Shown piece after piece: positions 38,086 to 50,263 of a stretch of 64,000 bases of DNA. How positions within the stretch are numbered: the first letter of the stretch is position 1; the number at the start of each line of letters is the position of its first letter. Where the stretch lies: NCBI RefSeq assembly GCF_006345805.1, contig NC_043003.1, positions 34,100,001-34,164,000 of the forward strand. The letters run 5' to 3'. Position numbers and translations under genes: made by a program. Source of the DNA: Octopus sinensis (Eukaryota). Below the pieces are notes generated by a model. That model searched no databases. It saw nothing but the letters and a program-made list of their open reading frames with translations, and was not told the origin of the DNA.

Positions 38086-38721
38086 TATGTATATATATAC
38101 CTATGTACATACATACGTATATATGTTGACATATTAATATAGAAATATAATGGAAATCTAATGAGGAGAAGCCAATGCTGCTCGGTGTGTAGAAGTGGAA
38201 TGGTGAAATATATTTGCTTATCCAATCACTTATAAAAGCATAGAGATGAAAATGTTAAATAAATCATCATATGTGGAAAAAGAAAAATCAGCTCTTGTCA
38301 GTAGAGACGAAATTAAATGGTCCTGTCATTGTAGAAAATCTCTTAGTCATTTATTTTGCCTGTGAGACTTAAAACCGTGATACGTTTCTTAAGAAGCTGA
38401 ATGAGAATTAATTCTTTGCTCAGCGTCATTAGCAACATAATTTGTAGGGTGTTGGTTTTATCTGGAATAGAAATTGGGTTGGGGGACTTCATTGACTAAA
38501 GTTTCTTTTTTCCCCTGCGGTGCTTAACACTCTCTGAGCTACCATTAATTGGACTAGCAAATCACGAATCAGCTTTCTTCTTTCAAGGTATAAAATATTC
38601 ATTCACAGTGGCAGGTAATTACACGCAATTTTCTTATTTGTCAAATAGCAAAGGGACTGCAATGCTGTGTCCAGTTTGACATGGTGAGATCATTTTGGTA
38701 AGTCTTAATATTTGTCTTTAA

Positions 38722-38941
38722 CACTTTAGTATTTAAACCGGCTATATCTGTCACAAATATTCTAGTTGTTCTGTGCTCAAACCAATGAGAGCTGACCTGT
38801 CACAGCTACCTTACGACGGCGCTTTAAAAATAGACAATTACATCACTGGAATCTGAACGCTAAGAGATGTTGCATACTTCATTCAAAACAATGTTAAAAA
38901 ATAAACATTACATTTGACGGTGTAATCTGAATGCTAAAGGG
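38722..38941. mobile_element. piggyBac-like MITE
   Basis: TTAA at 38718 and 38942; TIRs CACTTTAGTATT / AATGCTAAAGGG. Confidence 0.75.
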
Positions 38942-39137
38942 TTAATGGGTACTTTTCATGATACATTTGGAAACAAGATCCAAGATTACTGGAGAAGAGA
39001 GTCGACTGCAAATGAGGATATACTACAAATTTCTACAGAAATTTCTGTTTCACATCTACAATAAACAATTTGTTCTCCTTCAAGGGGAAAAATTAAAGCT
39101 ACATATTGCTCTTAGAACAATTTTTATTCTGTAAATA

Positions 39138-40412
39138 TGGGGTTGTCCGGAAAGTTCGTGCCGATTCAAGGAAAGAAAAAGGTCAATAAATACTTGCCAC
39201 TACATTAAAAATCAACCAAATATGAACCATTTTGTTGCACAATGCGTCTCCAACTGTCCTTTAACTGGAAAATACCTTCTTCACAGAATTGAGGTGGTTT
39301 CATGGCAAAGAATTCATCAAGGTATCTTTTTACGTCATCCAAGGAATTAAAATTTTTACCATTAAGACTATTCTGCAGAGACCTGAATAAGTGGAAATCC
39401 GAAGCTGCAATATCTGTGAATATGGAGGGTGGGGTAACACATCCCAGCCGAGCTGCATCAATTTTTGTCTGGTTCCCAAAGAAACGTGCGGTCTTGCATT
39501 ATCATGTTGGAAAACAATACTCTTCATGTTGGCCAATTCTGGACACAGCATTGCAGTCCCTTTGCAGGTGATATTGGAAAGGAATTCTGTACAATGAGCT
39601 TCTCCCAAGTAACCAGACCATTAATTCTGAGAAATACTGCACACAACTGGACGAGTTAAAAGCAGCAATTCAAGACACAAAGCAAGACTTTTTTAGGGTG
39701 AAGACCTGCTTTTGGGGTGGCTAAGGGTGGTTCATGTCGCTTACTCCAGAATCGCTTTCTCTGGACATTTCGGTAGAAAGTCCATTTCTCACCACCTGTC
39801 ACAATTTGCTTTAAAAAAGGTGCGTTTTCATTTCCACAGATGGAAATGCGATCCAAAAGGTTATTCTCACTCAACTCATGTGGTACCCAAGCATCGTAGC
39901 GATTTGTGTACCCAATCTTTACCAGGTGCTCATGAACGACGGATTTTGATAGGTTGAGGCTTTCTACCAATTTTCGGATTGGGCAATGTGGATTATTCTC
40001 AATTAATCACTTGATTTGGTCATCTGTAGTGGATGGTCTCCCTGATCGCTCTTTATCAATAAGGCTACAATCTCCAGCTCGGAACCTTGCGAACTACTTC
40101 CGTACAGTTCTTTCGGATAAAGAAACATCACCGTAAACTGCGCATATTTATTTGGTTGCTTGTGAGGCATTTTTCGCTTTACGGAAAGAAAAAAGCATCA
40201 AGTGCCGAAAATGAAATTTCTTATCTTCCATTTTAAAGAGTTACAGAATTAACACAGGTTATAGGAACATAAACCTTCTTCCACAAAAAGATAGCTTAAA
40301 CAGTGCTCTAAATGGAGGTGTAATCAAATCCTATTTATGGACTCAGTCGTGTTCTAAAATAAGTCGAAGGGTAACCTACTATAAATCGGCATGAACTTTC
40401 CCGACAACCCAA
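39138..40412 (-). mobile_element. Full-length mariner (Hsmar1/cecropia-like), inactive
   Basis: ~29-bp TIRs T(G/T)GGGTTGTC(C/G)GGAAAGTTC(G/A)TGCCGATT, TA TSDs, 1275 bp. Confidence 0.92.
39205..40231 (-). pseudogene. Mariner DD34D transposase pseudogene
   Basis: MEDKKFHFRHLML..., RSGRP, WVPHELS, IVTGGEKW, VFQHDNARPH, LPHPPYS, RIVQQNGSYLVDF*; several stops and frameshifts. Confidence 0.92.
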
Positions 40413-41577
40413 TATTAACGCTTTATTTGCGTAATGAAAGAGAGGAACATTATTATTATTTTTTTTTGTGAGACAATGATAGGCAATTTCTCTAAAAGAT
40501 TTTTCTGAAGTAATACAGTTTCAACACATTCATCTTAAATGATCTATAAAATATATTTCTTTTTCATAAGAATGTATCTATCTATCCATCTATCTGTTGA
40601 CTCCCAGTCAATCTCACTCTCTCTGTCTCTGTCTGTCTGTCTCTGTCTCTCTCTCTCTCTCTGTCTGTCTCTCTCTCTCTGTGCACGCATGCAACTCCCC
40701 CCCACACACACACACACAAGGGAAGCTGTCCTGAGCAATATTATAAATTGCATTCTGTAATGAGAATCATGTCTGGAATTCAGAAATAGGATTTCTAGAC
40801 TAATATTCACTAATACTCACAGGTCCACTATGCCTCGGAGTGGTGTTGCTTGTCCAAGACCTCTAGTATAAGCTCTAACCCTCAAGAGTTAACTCACTGT
40901 TATAGGAGAGTCATTTGTAAATATACCGGATGAATGCACAGAGAAACCAACGTTGTAACTTTTCTGAGAATAAAGATGAAGGACTTAGGCTTGGGGGTCC
41001 ATGATCACCACATCTGTAGGTATGGTGCATGAAGAAGGAAAAGTGTGTGTGTAAAAGAGAGGGAGTGTGAGAGATAGGTGAGAAAGAGAGAAAGAAGCAG
41101 ACAAACAGAAAGGTAGAGAGTTATTACAGGAACAGATAATTAGATAATATACTACGTAGAAACTATTTGCAGTACATGTGAGCAATCCTGAGATCATTAT
41201 TTCAGTCATTCTGCAGCTCTCATTTAAACTTAAACTATTTGGTCTTACGTATATCTAAACGGTATGTACTTTTGGGTGCGCATTTAAATCTTTCGGGTTA
41301 TTACGTCCTTCGAAAAAGAAAACTCTGAACGTAATTATCATTGACTTACTAACAGATGTTTGACTTCCTATAAATTGAACTTTTCGTTCTTCCTCTATTC
41401 CTGGGTGATTTGTGCAGTACCCAATCCTGATACCAGCATTTGAAATACATAGTGTGGAAAGCAAAAAGAAGTAATTAAGTTCTGTTCAACTGCAACTGAT
41501 TAACTTGGATAATCGCCAAAACATTGAAACGACTGGTTGAGATGACTTCTGGAATATAATCTATATTTTCTTTTATA

Positions 41578-42566
41578 GGCGCAGGAGTGGCTGTGTGGTA
41601 AGAAGATGGACAACAACGGTTGCCCACGGAAGGATCCGAAGGCTGCGGGAGGAAGGGAGGATCTGCTGGACAAAGCGGAGGAAAACCACTCTCCCGTGGC
41701 AAAGGAAAAAAAATAGAAAAAAAAAGAAACTCGGGACATTGCCGGTCGTTTGTGATACACTGCCGGCGTGTCCCGAAGTACCTTCCGTGGGAATTGTGCC
41801 ATCGAAGGTAGAAACTGTAGAACCCTCTCATGCTGTGGAGGAGGAGTTTGTGGTCCTCTTCCATAAGAGGACAATAGAAAACTTCATCAAGAAGTTTAAA
41901 AGGAAAGGCCGAAGGGAGGGGATTGTGTCCTGCACGGAGGACCCTGACCTCCAGGTGGCTGCGGAGGTCATATGGGAAACGGATCAGTGCAGGATAATGA
42001 ACTCCTTCCCGGCAGACACTTTCAATTTTGTATTAAAGTAGCTCGACTTGACACCGTCCAGGTGTTTGACCAAGGCGAGAAGTCTAGTCAGGAAGGAAGA
42101 CTTATAATTAATTAAAGTAAGCGGCTTGGTGCCTCATTCGTATTGTTTTGTTGATTTTTAACTTATGTAAGAGTTTTACTGCCTCACAATGGCTCTCTTG
42201 TTCTAAATGTAAGAGGTTTATTGCCTTCAGGATGTTTTACCATGTAAGAGGTTTGTTGCCTCAATATCTATTTATAAAGAACAATGTGCTCGGGTAAACA
42301 GCAATCGGCGGGTGTTGCTTTGTCCTCATTATTATCATATCGTCTATCATTTCATCGCATTATGTCCTTGTCCAGCCTGTAGCTTCCTTTCTTTGTAAGG
42401 CCCTTGTGGCCAATTTAATGAGTAAAAGAAGCTTGCTTCCCAACCACAAGGTTCTGGCTTCAGTCCCACTGCGTGACACTTTGGGGAAGTGTTTTTCTAC
42501 TATAGCCTCGTGCCGACCAAAGCCTTGTAAGGGAATTTAGTAGACTGAAACTGAAAGAAGCTCGTC

Positions 42567-42608
<42 letters not shown>

Positions 42609-42808
42609 GTGTGTGTGTATGTTTGTCCCCCACCATATCTTCACAACCGATGTTGGTGTGTTTACGTCCCCGTAACATAACGGTTTGTCAAAATATACGC
42701 ATAGAATAATTATATAGAATGAATAAATCCTGGGGTCGATTTGTTCGACTAAAGGCAGTGCTCCACCATGGCTGCAGCCAAATGACTGAAACAAGTAAAA
42801 TAATAAAA
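41578..42808 (+). mobile_element. CORE-type SINE split by an insertion in its head
   Basis: GGCGCAGGAGTGGCTGTGTGGTAAGAAG at 41578-41605 resumes as AAGAAGCTTGCTTCCCAACC at 42426. Confidence 0.85.
41606..42425 (+). mobile_element. 5'-truncated retroelement with unknown ORF end and Tx1-like tail
   Basis: ~450 bp of GC-richer ORF-like sequence, T-rich UTR with repeated TGTAAGAG(G)TTT, ends GGCCCTTGTGGCCAAT; AAGAAG duplicated at both junctions. Confidence 0.6.
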
Positions 42809-43200
42809 AATACTTTTATACACAGACACACGCATTAGATACATATATGCAGCTATTACATAATCGATCTTATTCAGTGTATTGCAAGACAGAATCAAGA
42901 TGTATGGATGCTGTACAGATATCTTTTCACAGGCTCAACAAACAGATAGTTGCTTCATAATTTGCAGACATGTTTCTCAGGTGGTTGAATCATATTTTCA
43001 TCTTTCTTTGGTTCATGACAGCATCAGGGAGGGAGACGACTGAATTCGCCTTAAATAGACCAACATGTTTACACGCTCAATGTTTAAAGGGCATATTAAT
43101 ATTCATGAGGTGTCATTTAATTTGCGGCTTGTTTAAATTTTGTCGGTTTAATGAAATTTTCCTCACACGTGGATGCAATATAATTTTTGTTCATGATGCT

Positions 43201-43571
43201 CAGGTAAGCGGGTGGAGAAGACTTTTACGGATTCCATGGACAGCGAGGCTCACCAATAGAGAAGTTCTTAAGCAGATCAGGCCGAAAATACGCTAGAAGT
43301 TAGGATCACCAAGCATAGATTGGCATATTTCGGTCATATTATGCGGAGAAAATACCTGGAAAAGGACATCATGCTCGGAATGGTCAGTGGCAAGAGAGGA
43401 AGAGACCGACAAAGAACCCGCTGGCTTGACACCATCAAGAGTGATACCGGAATGGACATAGCCAATCTGAAAGAAGCGGCCCAGGATAGAACTGACTGGA
43501 GGACACTGATACAACGAGTAACCGAGAGTCGACTTCGACTGAGCGGATAAATAGAGAGATAAATAGATAGG

Positions 43572-43653
<82 letters not shown>
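43201..43653 (+). mobile_element. 5'-truncated RTE/BovB-like LINE 3' end with (GATA)n tail
   Basis: WRRLLRIPWTARLTNREVL, YFGHIMRR...GKRGRDRQRTRWLD...AAQDRTDWR...RVTESRLRLSG*; GATGCT direct repeat at 43195 and 43654. Confidence 0.88.
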
Positions 43654-43656
<3 letters not shown>

Positions 43657-44371
43657 GCTAATTACAAATATCTCCCAACTTTCAAAATGAATATCGGTGG
43701 TCCTTGCATCTTCAATTCGGTATTTAAGAGGAACTTTTCTCTGCACAGTCCTGCATTGTGTAGACACCTTGGAATACTTACATCTTCCTTACGAACGATA
43801 TTGCTACCCCAACTCAGTTGCCTACAATGCACGTATGTTTCTGTTTATACCAGATTTCGGAACTGAAAGACATGGCCATCTCTCAGGGAGTATCTTCAAA
43901 TTGTATGGAAATTATGACGAAAATAACGTTTTCGTTCATTATCCATTCCCCGGAGATTTATACAGCACTCACTCGTGTTGCAAGCATTTGATACACATAG
44001 TGCGGATAAACAAGTAATTGTTTAGTTCAACTTCAGCTGACGTGATAAACTATAACAAAGACATTTCAGGTGGCGTTAAGGACCCAGCTATTTCAAACCT
44101 CTTCGATTCACATCAATATATGTGCGTGTGTGTGTGTGTGTGTGTGTGTGCGTGTGACTTTTACTGTGGTCTTGGGCTGGCCCAACTTTTCTAAAAGAAT
44201 GTGCTAGACGGAAACAAAAAGTAGTCCGTCGTATGTATGTATATATGTACGTATGAATGTATGTATGTATGTATGTATGTATGTATGTATGTATGTATGT
44301 ATAATGTTATGTGGATGGCCTTGCATTTGTTTGTTCTGTAACCTTAGTTTGGTATATATATATATATATAT

Positions 44372-45814
44372 AAGGAAATGAACCTTCGGTTCTAATCCAG
44401 AAACGAGTCGTCTATAATTAATCCATAGGCTGGGATTTCGTTATTTTCTGCCTTTTTTGCCATATACAGCTTACAAATTCTGTTTGTTTGTGGAGACTTT
44501 TTAATAGTAGAGGAAATGGTGACCAATTTTGGCTGCTATTTCTAATATTTTCGGTATGCGGTTTTGAGCAACTTGTTGCATTTAACCCTTATTTATAATT
44601 ATTATAACCCTTACCAAATATGGTCTTTTCCATACCGATAAATCTACTAGGTGAAATTGATTAATTTTATTAAATTAATTATATTCCACCCTTTATTGCA
44701 TATTGAATACTTTTGCTCCCTTACAAGTTATCTACGAATTTTTCGTTTCGTTGGTAACGTTTTTGTAGCTCACGTGGTAAATTTTGGAGGGAAATACGAA
44801 TTCACATGTCGGTATAGGTGTAGGAATGCTAGCAGTTCTGTTAGACCGGCCGATGTCGCTGATCGTATTGGTGTAACGGGTGAGTTTTTTCCCCCCAGCA
44901 TTTCTAGATCTATAGGAAATATTATATTGACAAGGAAATGAACCTTCGGTTCTAATCCAGAAACGAGTCGTCTATAATTAATCCATAGGCTGGGATTTCG
45001 TTATTTTCTGCCTTTTTTGCCATATACAGCTTACAAATTCTGTTTGTTTGTGGAGACTTTTTAATAGTAGAGGAAATGGTGACCAATTTTGGCTGCTATT
45101 TCTAATATTTTCGGTATGCGGTTTTGAGCAACTTGTTGCATTTAATCCTTATTTATAATTATTATAACCCTTACCAAATATGGTCTTTTCCATACCGATA
45201 AATCTACTAGGTGAAATTGATTAATTTTATTAAATTAATTATATTCCACCCTTTATTGCATATTGAATACTTTTGCTCCCTTACAAGTTATCTACGAAAT
45301 TTTCGTTTCGTTGGTAACGTTTTTGTAGCTCACGTGGTAAATTTTGGAGGGAAATACGAATTCACATGTCGGTATAGGTGTAAGAATGCTAGCAGTTCTG
45401 TTAGACCGTCCGATGTCGCTGATCGTATTGGTGTAACGGGTGAGTTTTTTTCCCCTAGCATTTCTAGATCTATAGGAAATATTATATTGACAAGGAAATG
45501 AACCTTCGGTTCTAATCCAGAAACGAGTCATCCATAATTAATCCATAGGCTGGGATTTCGTTATTTTCTGCCTTTTTTGCCATATACAGCTTACAAATTC
45601 TGTTTGTTGTGGAGACTTTTTAATAGTAGAGGAAATGGTGACCAATTTTGGCTGCTATTTCTAATATTTTCGGTATGCGGTTTTGAGCAACTTGTTGCAT
45701 TTAACCCTTATTTATAATTATTATAACCCTTACCAAATATGGTCTTTTCCATACCGATAAATCTACTAGGTGAAATTGATTAATTTTATTAAATTAATTA
45801 TATTCCACCCTTAT

Positions 45815-45821
<7 letters not shown>
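44372..45821. repeat. 560-bp tandem array, 2.6 copies
   Basis: Units start AAGGAAATGAACCTTCGG at 44372, 44932 and 45492; only scattered substitutions; (TA)n on both flanks. Confidence 0.95.
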
Positions 45822-45893
<72 letters not shown>

Positions 45894-45920
45894 GTATGTA
45901 TATATGTATATGTATATATA

Positions 45921-46110
45921 TTCGCCATGATAGATCGCTAAACACTAAACCTTTTTCCATTTTCTCTCCGTTTGTGCGTTCCTCTCTGTCGAAAAGCGCG
46001 GGCTCGAAACGTAAAAGACTTTCTCACTTCCCGAGCATTAAACTAATACATCTGTTTGCTGTTTACACACCCGTCTTCGTCTTTTGTTTTCTTTTTCGTA
46101 AATTCTCAAC
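45921..46110 (+). mobile_element. Hammerhead-bearing repeat, copy 2
   Basis: Collinear with 4720-4908; motif CTGTCGA-A-AAGCGCGGGCTC-GAAAC-GTA-AAAGA at 45986-46018. Confidence 0.7.
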
Positions 46111-46134
46111 GTATACATACATATATATATATAT

Positions 46135-46507
46135 AACGGGAAGCTTTATGAAAATAAACAAAAGACGAAGGCAGGTGGAAAACAAACGAACAATTGTATT
46201 AGTATGGCGCTCAGGAAATATAAATAAAACAAGTCTTTAACGTTTCGAGCCTACGCTCTTCAACAGAAAGATACACAGAGAGAGAAAAACACAGAAAGAA
46301 GGAGAGAAAAAAAATGCGTGCAGTAGCTAACGAATCAACATGGCGATCTGATTTCGGCCAGAGGTCAAAGATCAAACATGAGACGCGAGAGCGAAATAAG
46401 GGGAGATAATAGGGTTGATAAAAGGGTTGAGGGACCAGCTAAAAGTGCGTGGGAGGGGTCTGGATGTGTGTATGTATAGGGTTGGTGTATGTATTAGTAT
46501 GTATAAG

Positions 46508-46538
<31 letters not shown>

Positions 46539-46742
46539 AGAGAGTATTAGTGCGTAAGATTGGTCTGGACGTGCGTATGTATGGGGTTGGTGTATGTATT
46601 AGTATGTATTAGTATGTATTAGTACGTATTGGTATGTATAGGTGTGTGTGTGTGTGTGAGAGAGAGTATAAGTGCGTATGCGGGGTCTGGACGTGTGTAT
46701 GTATATGGTTGGTGTAAGTATTAGTATGTACTAGTATGTATG

Positions 46743-46783
<41 letters not shown>

Positions 46784-46800
46784 ACATATATATATATATA
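46135..46800 (-). mobile_element. Hammerhead-bearing repeat, copy 3 (longer, related subfamily)
   Basis: Shares TCGCCATG start region, hammerhead and CTTCGTCTTTTGT 3' part; extends into three ~110-bp GGTCTGGA(C/T)GTG...GGTTGGTGTA units; the far boundary is uncertain. Confidence 0.65.
46234..46271 (-). ncRNA. Minimal type-I hammerhead-like ribozyme, best-folding copy
   Basis: TCTTT-CTGTTGA-A-GAGC GTAG GCTC-GAAAC-GTT-AAAGA: perfect 5-bp stem I, 4-bp stem II, ACGT palindrome, GUU cleavage triplet; core A6 replaced by U. Confidence 0.65.
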
Positions 46801-47154
46801 CATACATACGACGTAACTTAGTGGTTAGGTTGGCAAATGATACTAGTAGTATAAGTGCCCAACTTGAGGAGAAACAAATTGATAAGTAAGCGGATTGATT
46901 GGCTCGACTAAATTTTTTCAAGGCGGTGCCCTAAAATAGCTGCAATTTAATGAATGAAACAAATAAGGAGCAATAAAAAAAGCATATACATATATACACA
47001 CATATACACATACATTATCACATACATGCAAGCATACAAACATACGTGAATGTATATACGTACGTACACACAACCTTACATGTATATATGCATGCATCCT
47101 TACATACATACATACATACATACAAACATACATTACATTACATACATTACATAC

Positions 47155-47185
<31 letters not shown>

Positions 47186-47479
47186 CATACATACATGCAT
47201 ACATATGCATCTATATAAACGCATTTTGAAAGCAAAGCAAGAGCAATTACGAAAATAAAATGAATAAAGTGACACATCGAAAAGCAATAAATAGGAACCT
47301 TTCGTACGATTTGATCCTATTAAGAAGATCAAATCTTAAAAAGGTCTGCCATTGAAACACAATCTGAAATGCCATTTTTCACAATTTTTTATTTTTATTT
47401 TTAATAAATTCATCATTTATATTAAGTAAATATTTATTTTAGTTTGTCACAAAAAAAACCAACAACAATATAGCGCGAA

Positions 47480-47493
47480 AGGAAGTGAATGTG

Positions 47494-47536
<43 letters not shown>

Positions 47537-47598
47537 TATATCTATATTATATTAATATATATATATATATGTATGTATATATATATGTGTGTGTATAT

Positions 47599-47634
<36 letters not shown>

Positions 47635-47772
47635 GTATATATATATATATTATATATATATATATATAGTATATATATATATATATATGTATATGTATAT
47701 ACATATTGTATGTATATTTACATATATATACATATATACATACACACATATATATAAATATGTATATGTATA

Positions 47773-47835
<63 letters not shown>

Positions 47836-48194
47836 GAGGGTGTGTAAATGAAGAGCTGCAAAGAACTTGATACGATGAAAACATCCTATCAGGTATTCAT
47901 GATGACGTCAGCACAGTGTCGAGCTTACAGGTGATAACCAGCACAAACTGCTTATGTATGCAACAAAATGTAATATGTATATGTATATATATATACATAA
48001 ATATATGTGTGCACACATATATATATAGTGTATGTGTTTGTATTTGTATATATATATGGGTATGTATGTATTTCATATGTATGCATATAGACATGCATAT
48101 ATATACGTATATATATATATCATTCACATTTTTCTTAAAGATAATTTATGTATATATATTAGACATACTATATATATATAATATATATATTATA

Positions 48195-48287
<93 letters not shown>

Positions 48288-48650
48288 TTTTGAATATATA
48301 TATTCATATGTAGCGATAAACTTATTTTATATGCACTTATCTTCCCATATGCCAAGATAGGTAAAAATACAGGACTGTTAATATTGTGATAATATATAAA
48401 AATATATACATATATCATATTTCTATGAATATATATAGATATATACATGAATACATATACCTCTATATGTACATATACGTACAAATGTATATATAATATA
48501 TATATATATATATACATACATATATGTACATACATACGTGTATATATAATATATATGCATATCTTATGTATATATATTTAACTCCATGCATGTAAGTATA
48601 TTCAGTTATATATGTATGTATATGCGTATATATCATATATACCTATATAT

Positions 48651-48682
<32 letters not shown>

Positions 48683-48730
48683 TTAAGCGTATATATTACA
48701 TATATTTGTAAGTATATATGTATTGCATAT
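47480..48730. repeat. Large degenerate (TA)n/(TG)n low-complexity block
   Basis: Direct reading. Confidence 0.9.
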
Positions 48731-49399
48731 TGGTATTCATTTATCCGTGTATATTTATGTATCCTTAGCCGATTACACGAGGAATGTAAACATAATATTA
48801 TGACCATACAATGTTTGATGTGTGTGATTTTATTACGATGAGCGTGGTGTTATCATGAATATTATCATTATGTTGTTGCTATTATCATTATTATTATTGT
48901 TATTATCATCATTATTATTACCAGAAATTTGCAGGCGTTGGAAATTTAAGAAAACCTTGTCTATGTTGTACCAAATTCCTTTTCTCATGGGTTGCTATTT
49001 TATAAATATTTCGTACAACATGACGGTAGCCAAATTGTCCAGAAGTTTCCGGTGGTGCCCTATCTATTATGGTAAAAAAATTAAAGAGAGCCAATGATAT
49101 GATAGTGATTAGTCTTAATAAAATATTATCATGCCAATAATAATGATTTGTCATTTTGATTGATTTTTGTTTATTTTATTTGATTAACTATTTATTTACT
49201 TGTTTACTTAAGGCGTGTTTCGTAGATGAGAATGTAAATATGTCTGAATCGATAATGTATATCAACCCCAGCTTGATTTGACTACTTCACAAAGAGATTG
49301 TAGGTACGGGTATCCAGTTGATACTTGGTATGAATAAAAAATGAATATGTTTGACTATAAGTTATCAACATTTTCACCGACTAAAACACCACGATACTG

Positions 49400-49400
49400 T

Positions 49401-49461
<61 letters not shown>

Positions 49462-49466
49462 GGTAA

Positions 49467-49527
<61 letters not shown>

Positions 49528-49530
49528 TGT
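49400..49530 (+). repeat. (AGT)n microsatellite
   Basis: Direct reading. Confidence 0.95.
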
Positions 49531-49730
49531 ACGTAACACTTTATCTTAATTGTTCTAACTGAATGCATCTCACAAATGTATCACCCAGTTCTAGCGTATT
49601 TGCGACACTTAGTAGAGATCATTTTGTTGTTAAAATTCAGGACAGTCTACTATCAAAAGGCAATTTCCACATGTGCTCCCATTAGTCACACAAACCCTAG
49701 AAAAATATTACGTTGTTTATTTAATGTTGT

Positions 49731-49950
49731 GAGGACGCGTGGCTAAGTGATTTGGGGTGTTGCTCTCACGGTCGCAAAGTAGTGGTTTCAATTCACGGAC
49801 CGGGCGGCGTGTTATGCTCTTGAGTGAAACGCCTCATTTCCTGTTTTCAGTCCGCACAGCTCTGAATTAATAATTATGCAATGGACTGGCGTCCCTTTCA
49901 GGGATAATGTTGTAATTCTTGGTCCCTTATATGCCATTCAAAACGGGTAA
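49731..49950 (+). mobile_element. Third-family SINE, decayed
   Basis: GCGTGGCTAAGTG head, GGTTTCAATTCACGGACCGGGCG, ATGGACTGGCGTCCC. Confidence 0.75.
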
Positions 49951-50004
49951 CAGTTCTCATTTGCTTTTATGTTGACATTTGAGGTAGAAATGAAGTTCTG
50001 TAAT

Positions 50005-50263
50005 AATTCTAATTTTGGCACAAGGCCAGAAATTTCGAGAGGAGCGGGTTAGCCGATTACATTGAACCCAATAATGAAAGTGATAATGGTTTCAGAGCCA
50101 ATTATATCAACCCCAGTGCACAACTGGTACTTATTTTATCGGCTCCGAAAGGATAAAAGGCAAAGTCGACCTCGGCGGAATTTAAACTCAGAACGTAAAG
50201 ACGGACGAAATACTGCTATGCATTGTACCCGACTTGCTAACGATTCTACGAACTCACCGCCCA
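50005..50263 (-). mobile_element. Meta-type SINE, old-type tail, rearranged
   Basis: CCGAAAGGATAAAAGGCAAAGTCGACCTCGGCGGAATTT; tail TTTTGGCACAAGGCC. Confidence 0.8.

Noticed and set aside
44651-46240. Three-member gene family MKLINFIKLIIFHP...
   Set aside because: A by-product of the 560-bp tandem repeat; GTG start and no recognisable domain.
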